Assembly (NCBI RefSeq): GCF_009914755.1 | Contig: NC_060929.1 | Source of the DNA: the human T2T-CHM13v2.0 reference genome, Homo sapiens | Reading direction: 5' to 3' (one strand) | Length of the DNA: 64,000 nucleotides | Shown: positions 1-13,149 of the stretch, piece after piece | Layout of the letters: every line of letters starts with the position of its first letter | How positions within the stretch are numbered: position 1 is the first letter of the stretch | Program-made: the position numbers and the translations under genes | Notes under the pieces: generated by a model | Database searches by the model: none | What the model was told of the DNA's origin: nothing | The model's input: the letters and a program-made list of their open reading frames with translations, nothing else

Positions 1-1892
1 GGCCAGAGGTCTCCTTGGGAAAGGATGGGAGAAAGATTCACTGAATAAATTATCAGGAATGTAGTGGAGTCCTTGCTCAAGGGGACACAGCCTCCCCTTC
101 ATTCAAGGGGTTCTAGGTCTGTACACTAGCTCAAGTCTGGAAATTGATTGAGGGGCCGTGATTCTCTGTTTTTATAATTCAAATTAGCTTTTTTTTCCAT
201 TCAACCTAAAAGTTTTCTGTTTATATAAATTAAGTAGGAATGCAGTAGACTTTCTATCAATTTCACTTCTAGGAACCCCATGATTAATTAGCCAATTCCA
301 GAGCTCTACAAGAGTCAGACTATTCTGATTGCTGCTTTGACTCTGCTGTCCATTATGGTAGCTATGCTCACCTTGCCTTTCATGGTTGAGTGCTGCCACT
401 TGGCCCCTGCCACGCTGGGATCCAATTATTCCCATTGTATTTAAATTTTATAGTTGAGTGACTGCAGTTCCCACTGTTAGATCTGACACACAGAGAAAAG
501 TAATTACAGGACTCTTCAAAGATGCAGGTGCTGCCCTCACAAATCTGTTTCACAAGGCATTGGTCAACGGTATATTTTCTGGACCCTCCCAGTAGGTCTA
601 AAGTGACCAATCCACTCCACCATCCCAATATTCCTAAGCCTTTGGATTCCTTCCTCTACATTAAATCAAGGGAGATCAGGCATTTTCAGCTCACTCACAG
701 TGGACCATGTTTTAATCCATGTTTCAACTCACCAAGCAAATAAACTATTAGAACCTTTTTTTTAACTCTCTGAACTGCACATTAAGTGCAGAGTCCCTAC
801 TTAGTGGGCCCAAATCAATAAATTCAGTCTGATCTAACTCTATGTTCCTTTTACCATGATTCTGCACCCTTAATATCCATTCCCAGGCCTGTTCTCCAGA
901 TTTCTGTATAAATCAGAAAACTCAAGCAGTTCTTTTCGAGTGTAGTGCACCTCCTCATGGGTCGTGCTCTCAATCTCACCTCTAGGGGCCGGCCGGGACT
1001 TTAGTTATAGGTCTAGTAGCAAACAGGGATGTTGGCAGTAGCTCCTGTTTGCTACCAGAGGAGAATCTCCTGAGGAGAATCACCATTATCTTGCCTGAAC
1101 TGCCTCAAGGGAAGCCATCAGTGTTGCCTCAGGCAGCTCAGGGTTTATCTCCTCAGACAAAGGTAGAAAGGCTGATGGCACCATGGGTTGGGGAGCGGGT
1201 TGTTGCAACTAATGGGGATGGGGAAGCTGTTTCTTCTGGCAAAAAAGGTTCATCAGAGTTTACAAACTCTGTCCTCAGCTTCATCCAGGTCCTCCTCTAC
1301 GTCGCCATTCCAAGTAGCAGGGTCCCATTCTTTTCCCATGAATACTCTCACTTTAACAGTAGACACATGGCAAGGCTGTGCAGGCACCTTTCGTTGCAAG
1401 TCAGCCACTCTTATAATAAGAGTTTGTGTCTGTTTTTTCCAGAATTTCAGCTCTTTCTCTGTAGGAGATAAGACTCTCACTCAGGGCAAACTTAGCAGAT
1501 TTGAGGCTCAGTATCTGCTTCTGAAGCCAGGAGATAGAATCCCTGAATTCATCATTGTCTTTCATCACTTTGTCCACTGAAATTGGGAGAAACCAACCAG
1601 CTTCATTATGTTCCTTGGTTCTCCACATATGGTCAAAGGTATTAAGTATAGAGTCACTAAACTTCTTGCCTCTCATGGGCAATCAATCAGGAGTGTCAAA
1701 TGCATTTATTTTGTATAACTTTCTAAATAGTTCATGCCAAAGACTATCAGTGTTCTCTGTACTATTGGCAGTAGAGTCCTTAGCATTTTTAAGTCTTATC
1801 ATATTATGTGGCAACTCCAGAAACTCCAAAACCAATGATGAACTCCATCCTTAATATTCTATTCCTCTAGAACCACTCCTGATACCAAACTC
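1..1892 (-). mobile_element. HERV-L internal region (leader and disrupted gag), truncated by window start
   Basis: Minus-strand ORF fragments resemble ERV-L Gag (LWNWLINHGVPRSEID; VKVRVFMGKEWDPATWNGDV; FDHMWRTKEHNEAGWFL). Directly abuts an MLT2A LTR through a Leu PBS. Confidence 0.92.
1872..1887 (-). promoter_or_regulatory. tRNA-Leu primer binding site of HERV-L
   Basis: Minus strand reads TGGTATCAGGAGTGGT a few bases after the LTR end, close to the complement of the tRNA-Leu 3' end (TGGTGTCAGGAGTGGG). Confidence 0.8.
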
Positions 1893-1937
1893 TGTATTAG
1901 TCAGGGTTCTCTAGAGGGACAGAACTAATGGAATATG

Positions 1938-1992
<55 letters not shown>

Positions 1993-2365
1993 GGGAGTTT
2001 ATTAAGTATTAACTCACATGATCACAAGGTCCCACAACATGTGGTCTGCAGGCTGAGGAGCAAGAAATGCCTGTCTGAGTTCCAAAACTGAAGAACTTGG
2101 AGTATGACGTTCGAGGGCAGGAGCCTTCTAGCATGGGAGAAAGATGTAGGCCAGTCTCTCTTTTCACATTTTTCTGCCTGCGTTTTATTCTAGCCAAGCT
2201 AGCAGCTGATTAGATTGTGCTCACCCAGATTAAGGGTAGGTCTGCCTTTCCCATCCCACTGACTCAAATGTTAATCTCCTTTGGCAACACCCTCACAGAC
2301 ACACCCAGGATCAATAATTTGTATCCTTCAATCCTATCAAGCTGACACTCAGTATTAACATCATA
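1893..2365 (-). mobile_element. MLT2A (MLT2A1-like) 5' LTR of HERV-L
   Basis: tgtattagtcagggttctctagagggacagaactaat ... gctgacactcagtattaacatca matches the reverse complement of MLT2A; carries the typical internal microsatellite. Confidence 0.9.
1941..1992. repeat. (AC)20(AT)6 microsatellite inside the LTR
   Basis: Read directly from sequence. Confidence 0.97.
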
Positions 2366-3734
2366 GATGTTAAGTTTGTGGAAAAATGATGTGAAAAGTA
2401 GCAATTGACAACTTTATTCTGCAAAGGAGATTAAAACCTGTTGTATGACAGTTTATTTACACTTCATTGGCTCTTTTTTTATTGAATTTGGTTCATTTTC
2501 CTTTGTATTTCTCTTATTATTTCACCTGCTTGACATTTCTATTTGTTGTTATCCGTAAAAAATATGATTCATTAAATATATCAAAGCATTTTCAGGTATA
2601 GAGTTGAAATGAGACTGTGTTCCTTTTTCAGCTTTTTCATAATAAATTATCTTTCATCTTAATTCTTTTGGATCTCAGTAATGTATGCATTATTTCAACT
2701 CAACTTTGTGGAATAATATATCTGACATATAAACTATACTGAAATTTATAGCAAGCAAAAGCAGAGTTCATTTTACTCAAGAAAGCCACAGCATTTCAAC
2801 TTGAAGGTGCCTAATTGAATCTTAATGTAACTGTGCTTTAATTTAATTTCTGTTTTAGACTATCTTTAATCAAAATCCAGTTGAAACTATGCTTGGGAAG
2901 AATTTTTGTTGTGAGTCATTTCATATAAATATTTGAGACATCACATCATTTTTCCTGAATAATTCATTGCTTTATATTAGTAAATATAAATTTGATATAA
3001 AACTGAAACATGAACTTTCATTGCGCAGTAAAATTATAAAGCTATTTACTTAAAAGTATTGACTAGCAATACATTACGAATGCATTATATAACATTTAGG
3101 AAAATAATTTTTAAAGTAGTTGTATCTCAATTCATGTAGGCCTATTATTTATAAATTTTTAAATATACATCATAAATAAACATGTCATTTAAAATATAAA
3201 TTATTCATACTGATGAAATGACAACATTGGCAAAATAACACAGCATGCTCCTAATGAAGTGAATGAGTAAAATTAGACCCTTTGTTGTCCAGAAGTAGTG
3301 GGCATGGCATATAAATTTCTTGAAAAATGTCTATGGGATATTCTTTCTTTTATTATTTTTAAAAACATTCTCATTAATATTCTGTGACTTGTGTCTTTCC
3401 CTTGTTCTCTTGTTTAAGGATGTAATCTATTTGAAAAATAAAAACACTTTCATGCTTGCAAAATTACTTTAAATCATTTCTAACTCTTTATTATAACAAT
3501 TAGTAAATCTTGAAAAATCATTAATAGCAATTTTTTTACCTATGTCAATTTTTATTGATATTGCCAACATGATGGCTGAAAAACTTTTAATCGGAATGTA
3601 ACTGCATTATTGCAATAGATATGTAACTAGTCATTTGCTTTCCATGCCTGCAAATTAAATAGGCTTATACTTTGTTTACAAGAAAAAGTTCAAGGCCTTG
3701 ACATGGCATTCCAGGTGTCAGAAATATGCCATTC

Positions 3735-4074
<340 letters not shown>

Positions 4075-4155
4075 TCATTGTACTAAGTGCAGTTCAGTCT
4101 CACTTCCACAACTCTACTTATTTTCTCCATTGTAAAAACTCCGACATGTTTATCC

Positions 4156-4158
<3 letters not shown>

Positions 4159-4203
<45 letters not shown>
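4159..4203. repeat. (TG)n microsatellite
   Basis: Read directly from sequence. Confidence 0.97.
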
Positions 4204-4205
<2 letters not shown>

Positions 4206-5022
4206 TATTCATCTATCTAGAACCTCGACCTACATTTTCATTATAATCAAAATGCTATCCTAAAGCATCAAGAATTCCTGAATACAGCCCTTTTCCTGCA
4301 GCTAATTAGGTTATGAATGTGCCTAACATCTCGCAACAATTTGATTCTTCTCTCCACTCTCTAGATGTTATCTTTACTCATCTTTCTTAACATCTTGCTC
4401 CATCAATTTTTCTCTTATAACTCTTGTACACTCAGTGTTGCTATTCTTTTGTACTATATCTCTTAAACAATAAATATGATCCAGCCAATGACATACTTAA
4501 AATAACAACAGTAATAAGGAAAACAATATAACAATAACAATTCTAAAACTTCATATTGTCCATGGGTCTGTATCTCTCTGTGCTTATGCAGCCATATTGT
4601 CAAAAAATATATATGCTGTCTCTAATTTATGCATCATATATTTTTTAAATTATCGTAGTTAATTTTGTACCTAAGAAGTAAACCTAATCGTTAAGTTTAA
4701 AAGACAACAGCAAAGGAGATCTTTTAAATATTCATTTTACTGGAACTTTATTGATCATTTGACATTTTTGCAGATTTCCTCCTTGAAATCCTTTTATTTA
4801 AATGATATTAATTATTGTCTTCTTTTTGATTGCTTTTTAATGACTTTAGATTATATTCTTAAGAACTTTTATTCTCCTTCCGCCATATAGAATCTATGGT
4901 CTTACATAGAATAACATCAAAACCCCAACTGTTTCACTCTAAACGTTCTAGATAAGTGACCTTTTCTAGACTTCAGACTTCACTGGCTAATTACACAGCT
5001 TTCATTAAAATCCTAATTGCCT

Positions 5023-5377
<355 letters not shown>

Positions 5378-5869
5378 CTATTTAGATTTTTTAAAAGTTG
5401 CTTTTAACTCATAACGTACAAAGTCTGAATTTACTAACTTTCCTGCCATCCTTGTCCCCTGTGTATTCCTAATATGACCATCATAAGTACAAATAGAAAA
5501 CTATTAAACATCATAGACTTTATTATCTTTTTTGCATGCATTTGAAGGGTCCCCTTTTCATCTAGAAGCCTTCCACTATTTTCTGATCTATTCCTTCTGC
5601 CTAAATTCATGAAGTTATCATTTCTCATCTTTTACAATATCCTCCTAGTTTTTCACTCTCACTCAATCCCAACTCTTGTCTGAAGTAAACATCCATATCC
5701 TTCACTCTACCCAGACTGATTCCTATTGGTTTGCTATGAGTTGGCAATAAAGCTGACATTTCTACATCACACAAGCCCCTTCTAGGTTTGCATTATTTCC
5801 ACCTTTCCCAACCCAATCCTTATGATTTTCCACACTCATCGTTCATACTTGGTTACAGAAATATTTGCA

Positions 5870-6390
5870 GCCTACCCGACCGAATTTGCACATGCTGGAC
5901 TTGCCCTTTCTTCTCCTTGATTTAATAAATATACTCATCCTTTAAAAGTCAGTTCAAATGCCAACCTCCATAGGGAGCTTCCACTGTACTTTCAAGCAAA
6001 AGAGTCCTTTTCCTGTACTCCCAAGGCACCTTATTTGTCTCTATTAGAGCAATTTTAGGTGACATTTATCGAGCAATGACTCTGGAGTGGAAATTAGGCC
6101 CCAAGGAAAGGTCAAATAACTAGTAACTTTTGGGACAGTTTTCAGTTTGGATCCCTGACCAAAACACCACTCCCACCCAAAAACACACACAAATACAATC
6201 ACCACTAAGGCATTCTGATGCTTACTTATTGCATTTGCTATACATTTTTTACTTGTCTGGGCTTTAATGATCTGAAATATTGGGACTGGATTATAACCAT
6301 CCTTGTTCTATCAACACCTACCACAGTTACTGAAGCCTAAGGGAAGAATATTAAATGTTTTATCATTGATTGAAGAATGGATGGATGAGT
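5870..6390 (+). mobile_element. Degenerate L2 3' fragments
   Basis: tcagttcaaatgccaacctccatagggagcttcc and a terminal attaaatgttt...gaatggatggatg tail typical of L2. Confidence 0.45.
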
Positions 6391-7451
6391 GCGTATGTTC
6401 ATGGTATATGCTAAACTAGACTATTTTGATGACTAAAATATTGATATTCACTGAATGAATGAGTGCACTAATAAGCAAATGATCCAGTGAAGGGAATGAA
6501 ATCAATGAGAGAATGTACTTTGATGTCTTTCTTATTTGTCTTTTTGCAGTATTTATAGTCTGTCATCACTTAGTCCTGGGTAAGGCCTTGTATGGGCATT
6601 TAAGTACTGTAAATGGGTAGATGTTTCTGTCTAACTAGGTAACAGCCTTGACAAAGGCTGAAATAGTGAATTATACAATTCTGTCCACAATGCTTAGAAA
6701 AAGGTTACATACATTAATACCTATTGAATGACTGACATATAATCAAATACCTGTTATGTATTAGTGTTCATTGAATCTGATGAATTTGGAAAATCTATAG
6801 CATTTCATGTTTCCTTGGGTGAGGTAAATTGTCATTACAGTAAATTATAACCACGTAGGAACCAGAAGAAGGACAAAGCATAATTTGTTTTCTTATTGGA
6901 TTGTTGACATCTGTTCTCAGTCATTGGTCTGTACTGTTTTGCTTTATTTTCCTCCGCAGGGAGGAATATACCAGTGTAATTTATTAAAGCAGTCAAATAA
7001 TCTTAATATGCCCTTAGTGCATTTGATGTATCATACATGGTTGATGCTTTAAATAGCACCAGAGAGTTAATCAGATGTTTCAGATTTATAAAGGGAAAAA
7101 TTAAGAAGATAATGAACTGATGAATCAGTAATAGACCTCTTATGAAGACTGAGACATTTGACTCTCTTCATTAAGATTTGTATCTCCTTAAAATAAAATT
7201 ATTTCTTAAAGTGGAATCATCGGATATTTGATGTGACCTATTCCCCAAACAACATTTAAATGACACATAAGTGGGTATGGAAACTATAGAAAAAGAGAAA
7301 ACTAAAATATTTATTCTTCATCTTATAAGACATTGTACAAAATATAAAAAAAAGTTATTGATTACTGTCTTTAAAGTGTCCATGTCAGTATACATATATT
7401 TAAATCATTAAAAGTTAAAAGAAACACTGTGCTTTCTAAAACCACATTATA

Positions 7452-7577
7452 TACCTGATCAAAATAAAGTGACTCTTTCTTTTATTAAAAATATATAAAA
7501 AGAAATCAAGATTTACCTGATCAAAATGAAGTGACTCTTTCTTTTATTAAAAATATATAAAAAGAAACCAATATTTA
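7452..7577. repeat. 62-bp tandem duplication, 2 copies
   Basis: tacctgatcaaaat(a/g)aagtgactctttcttttattaaaaatatataaaaagaaa starts at 7452 and again at 7514. Confidence 0.95.
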
Positions 7578-9461
7578 ATCTACACACATGATGAAGTAAT
7601 TTCAATTATCTTCTTGACGTTTAATTATGCTAAAATCAGAACATCTTATGAATTGCTCTTTTGATATATTGACATTTCTTAAAAAATAGCAAAAAGTAAA
7701 GAGGATAATTTTATGTAGTTTTTAATTTGATTACAAAGAAATACCTAAAAGATAGTTCAGAATACACAGAATTCTGAGCAGTCAAGAAAGATAATTTTTA
7801 AAGTAATAAATTTATGTCCTAAGATTTCAGCAAATATATTCCAAAAGTAATTCACAAGCATTGATTGCAAATGTTCATATGAACAAGACTTAAAGAAAAA
7901 AAAGAGATTTTAATATTAATCTGAAAAGCAAATGAAATTCAGTGAAAAAACATAAAACGTAAAAAATAAGCTTACAGAAATAAAACTGAAATTAATTGAA
8001 TGTTTTAAAGGAAATATAATCAATAAAATTATTCAGTTATACATTCATCAATACTAATATTAATAAGTTATAAACCTAGTTGCCACGAGGGTTAAAACCT
8101 GTCAATGGTTTTGGACAGTGGAAAAATTTTGAGAACAACAAAAATTATTCTCCGCTTTGTCTAGAGAAAAGACGTGAAGGGGAAGGATTGACCTACTACT
8201 TGGGAAAATGTTATAACACTGATGAATCAGTAGGTTGAGCTACTCCTATTATTAGCTTATGTGTTCTATGAAAAAGAGTAGACAGGCAATCTTTCATGAG
8301 TCAATTTCATAATGATTGCCCTGGATATTACAATTAGCATCTTAATTTAAAACTACCTGGTTTTGATTAATTTTAACACAAACTTTACTCCACTATTCCC
8401 TACCTCTTCCTTTGTACTATTGTTGCTGTAAAAATTTCATATTTATACAATTGAAAACTATTAAGATATTATAATTATTTCTTTAAGGCCTTTTTTGATC
8501 ACATAAGAGAAGAAAAGAGTTATAAATAAAATACATTTATTTTGTTTTCTTACTTGCTGATGTAATTACATTTACCTGTGTTCTTTATTTACAGAAATGG
8601 CAATGAGTTATTACCTAGTGTCTTTCATTCAACTTGAAAAATTCACTTTGTATTTCTTGCAGGGCTGTTTGGGTAGTAATAAATAGTTTGTTTCTGGTTT
8701 GTTTAAAGTTGTCCTACTTTCTTCTTCATTGTGGAAGGGCAGTTTTACAGGATATAAAATTTTAGGTTGTCAATGATTTTTATTGTTTTATATATTTAAT
8801 ATGACACATTATTGCCTTCTGGCTTCCATGATTTCTTATAAAAAGCGACTGTTAACCCTTGAGAATACCTCGTGCTTGATGAGTCTTTTTTCTCATACTA
8901 TTTTCAAGATCCACTCTGTTCTTGGTTTTCAAGAGTTTGACTATAATGGATCTAGGTGTGCATCTCTTTATATTACTTACAGATCACTGAGATTCTTGGA
9001 TATGCAGATTAATGGGGTTTTAAAAATGAAATTTGGAAAGTTTTCAGTAATTATTCCTTAAACGGATTTTCTGCCCTGTCCTGTCTCTCCCATCGAACTA
9101 TTTGTTGCTATGCTTGATAGTGTCCTACAGGTCTCTGAGACTCTTTTTTTTCCTTCATTCTTTTTTGTTGTTGTTGTTCCTCAGGTTGAATAGTCTTCGT
9201 TTACCTATCTATAAATTTACTTATCCCTTCTTCTGCCAGAATAAATCTGTTGTTGAGATACTATAGTAAATTTTTAATTCAGTTATTTTATTTTCCAACT
9301 CTAAAATTACTATTTGAGTCTCATTTCTCGCATTTTTTTCTCTGTATTGAAATTCTTTATTTGATGAGATATTATTGCTAGACTTCCATTTAGTTATTTA
9401 TACATGGTTGCCTGTAGTTTTTGAAACATATTTTTAATAGCTGATTTAAAATATTTTTTTG

Positions 9462-9763
9462 GGCTGGTTTCTGTGGCTTACGCCTATAATCCCAGCACTC
9501 TGAGAGGCTGAGGCGGGCGGATCACTTGAGGTCTGGAATTCCATACCAGCTCGCCAACGTGGTGAAACCCCATCTCTACTAAAAATACAAAAATTAGCCA
9601 GGCATGGAGGTGTGCGCCTGTAGTTCCAGCTACTCAGGAGACTGAGGCAGGAGAATCACTTGAACCCAGTAGCTGGATGTTACAGTGAGCTGAGATCACA
9701 CCACCACACTCCAGCTTAAGTGACAGAGTGAGACTCTGTCTCGGAAAAAAAAAAAAAAAAAAA
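9462..9763 (+). mobile_element. AluS (diverged)
   Basis: Dimeric Alu with poly(A) tail. Confidence 0.93.
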
Positions 9764-9814
9764 GAAATTTTGGTACATTCATCTTCTGGCCTGCTCAGGG
9801 TTACTTTCTGTTGG

Positions 9815-9848
<34 letters not shown>

Positions 9849-9909
9849 ATGAGCTATACTTTCCTGATTCATTACATATATCATACTATTTTGTTGAAAA
9901 CTGAACATT

Positions 9910-10216
9910 GGCCAGGTGCAGTGGCTCACATCTGTAACCCTAGCACTTTGGGAGGCTGAGGCAGAAGGATTGCTTGAACTCAGGAGTTCAAGACCAGCGT
10001 GGACAACATAGAAAGACCTCATCTCTACAAAGATTAATAAAATTAGCCGGTTTAGGTGATGTGCACCTGTAGTCTTGGCTACTCTGGTGGCTGAGGTGGG
10101 AAGATCACTTAAGCACAGTATGTGAAAGGTGATCATGCCACTGCACTTCAACCTGGGTAACAGAGTGAGACCCTGTCTCACAAAAACAAATAAATAAACA
10201 AAAGAAAAAGGAAAAC
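9910..10216 (+). mobile_element. AluJ
   Basis: J diagnostics (ggattgcttgaac, agaccctgtctc); exact TSD aaaactgaacatt at 9897-9909 and 10217-10229. Confidence 0.93.
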
Positions 10217-10335
10217 AAAACTGAACATTATAAATAATATAATGTGGGTACTCTGGAAATCAATCTCATTACCCAGATTTGTTGATTCTGTGTTTTTTGT
10301 TGTAGTTTTTGCTGCTACTACCATTTGTTTGTTCT

Positions 10336-11679
10336 TTACCTTAAGTTCTGGGACACATGTGCAGAATGTGTAGGTTTGTTACATAGGTATACATGTGTCA
10401 TGGTGGTTTGCTGCACCTATTGACCTGTCCTCTAAGTTTCTCCCCCTCGCCCCTGCCACCCCACTCCCAGACAGGCCCCAGTGTGTGATGTTCCTCTCCC
10501 TGTGTCCATGTGTTCTCATTGTTCAACTCCCACTTATCAGTGAGAACATGTGGTGTTTCTGTTCCTGTGTTAGTTTGCTGAGGATGATAGCTTCCAGCTT
10601 CATCCATGTCTCTGCAAAGGACATTGATCTCATTCCTTTTTATGGCTGCATAGTATTCCATGGTGTACACGTACCACATTTTCTTTATGCAGTCTACCAC
10701 CGATGGGCATTGGGTTGGTTCCATGACTCAGCTATTGTAAATAGTGCTGCAATAAACATATGTGTGCATGTGTCTTTAGAGTAGAATGATTTATATTTCT
10801 TTGGGTATATACCCAGTAATAGGATTGCTGGGTCAAATGGTATTTCTGGTTCTAGATCTTTGAGGAATTGCCATACTGTCTTCCACAATGGTTGAACTAA
10901 TTTTCATACTCACCAATAGTGTAAAAGTGGTCTTATTTCTCCACAGCCTTACCGGCATCCATTGCTTCTTGACTTTTTAATAATTGCCATTCTGACTGCA
11001 GTGAGACTGTATCTTATTGTGGTTTTGATTTGCATTTGTCTAATGATCAGTGATATTGAGGTTTTTTTCATATGTTTGTTGGCTGCATAAATGTCTTCTT
11101 TCGAGAAGTGTCTGTTTATTTCCTTTGCCCACTTTCTGATGTTTATTTTTCTTGTAAATCTTTTTAAGTTCCTTTTAAGCTCTGCATATTAGACCTTTGT
11201 CAGATGGATAGATTGCAAACATTTTCTCCCATTCTGTAGGTTGCCTGTTCACTTCGGTGACAGTTTCTTTTGTTGTGCAAAAGCCTTTTAGTTTAATTAG
11301 ATCCCATTTGTCAATTTTGGTTTTTGTTGCAATTGCTTTTGGTGTTTTAGTCATGAAGCCTTTGCCCACGCCTGTGTCCTGACTAGTATTGCCTTGGTTT
11401 TCTTCTAGGGTTTTTATGGTTCTAGGTTTTACATTTAAGTCTCTAATCCATCTTGAGTTAATTTTTGTATAACACGTAAGGAAGGGGTCCAGTTTCAGTT
11501 TTCTGTATGTGGCTATTCAGTTTTCCCAGCCCCATTTGTTAAATAGGAGAATTCTTTCTCCATTGCTTGTTTTTGTCAAGTTTGTCAAAGATCAGATGGT
11601 TGTAGATGTGTGGTGTTATTTCTGAGGTCTCTATTCTGTTCCATTGGTCTATATTTCTGTTTTGGTACCAGTACCATGC
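10336..11679 (-). mobile_element. L1PA (PA8-like) 3' segment: end of ORF2 plus 3'UTR
   Basis: Minus-strand ORF2 peptides ([21 protein letters not shown]; [19 protein letters not shown]) and an L1PA 3'UTR. Confidence 0.95.
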
Positions 11680-11680
11680 A

Positions 11681-12821
11681 CCCTAACTCATTTTATGAGT
11701 AAACTGGTAAGAGATACAACAATAAAAGAAAACTTCAGGCAAATATCCCTGAAGAACATTGATGCAAAAATCCTTAATAAAATACTGGTAAACCATATCC
11801 AGCAACACATCAAAAAGCTCATTCACCACAATCAAGTCAGCTTCATCCCTGGGATGCAAGGCTGGTTCAACACACGCAAATCAATAAATGTAATCCATCA
11901 CATAAACAGAACCAAAGACAAAAACCACATAGTTATCTAAATAGATGCAGAAAAGGCCTTTGATAAAATTCAACAACCCTTCGTGTTAAAAACTCTCAAT
12001 AAAATAAGTGTTGATGGAACATACCTCAAAATATTAAGAACCATTTATGACAAATCCACAGCCAATATCATGCTGACTGGGCAAAAGCTGGAAACATTCC
12101 CCTTGAAATCTGGCACAAGACAAGGATGTCCTCTCACACCACTCCTATTCAACATAATATTGGAAGTTCTGGTCATGGCAGTCAGGCAAGAGAAAGAAAG
12201 CATATTCAAATAGGAAGAGAGGAAGTTAAATTGTCTCTGTTTGCAGATGACATGATTTTATATTTAGAAAACCCCATCATTCTCAGCCCCAAAACTCCTT
12301 AAACTGATAAGCAATTTCAACAAAGTCTTAAGATACAAAATCAATGTGCAAAAGTCAAAAGCATTGCTCTCGAGCAACAATAGCCAAGCAGAGAGCCCAA
12401 TCGTAACGAACTCCTTTTCACAATTGCTGCAAAAAGAATAAAATACCTAGGAACGCAGCCAAAGAGGGATGTAAAGGACCTTTTCAAGGAGAACTACAAA
12501 CCACTGCTAAAGGAAATAAGAGATGACACAAACAAATGGAAAAACATTCTATCTTCCTGGATAGGAAGAATAAATATCATGAAAATGGCCATACAGCCCA
12601 AAGTAATTTATAGATTCAATGCTATTCCTATCAAACTACCATTGACATTTTTCATAGAATTATTAAAAAAAAACTTTAAATTTCATATGAAATAAAAGAA
12701 GACCACATATAGCCAAGACAATCCTAAGGAAAAAGAACAAAGCTGGAGGCATCACACTACCTGACTTCAAACTATACTACAAAGCCACAGTAAACAAAAC
12801 AGCATGGTACTGGTACCAAAA
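11681..12821 (+). mobile_element. Inverted 5' segment of the same L1PA insertion (ORF2 RT region)
   Basis: Plus-strand ORF2 peptides ([21 protein letters not shown]; [15 protein letters not shown]); ends at the same L1 position where the minus segment starts. Confidence 0.93.
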
Positions 12822-13149
12822 TAGTGACTATCTTTGACTGATAGTTTAAGTCTGTATTTTTTGTATCTTCTTGGGTTGTATGCAACCCAAGAAGCCTCTG
12901 TCCATCTAGCTTTGTTGTCAGCTAATAACAAAAAGGCATAGTCCTTAATGCCTTGAGCCAATAACCATCTCATCATTTGCCAAAAGCTTCATATTTATAT
13001 TGATGTAGATATTCAAAGCTTCACATGTGTACCATAATCCAGGTGTGGTACCATAATCTCTATTTCTTTTACACTCTCACTTATATTTCCTTTGTGTGTG
13101 TTCCACATTTTATTTTGTAGAATTACAAAGTATAGGTGAAAGGTAGTCA

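Larger units (their letters stand above)
8300..13050 (-). mobile_element. Old L1M element, fragmented by two Alus and an L1PA insertion
   Basis: T-rich antisense L1M motifs (gaagggcagttttacaggatataaaattttaggttg; aaatttggaaagttttcagtaattattcct; gtcctacaggtctctgagactc); appears to resume at 12822 (tagtgact...aagtctgtatt). Boundaries approximate. Confidence 0.65.

Noticed and set aside
1049-1854. Plus-strand ORFs of 99-140 aa
   Set aside because: Antisense to HERV-L gag; no independent support.
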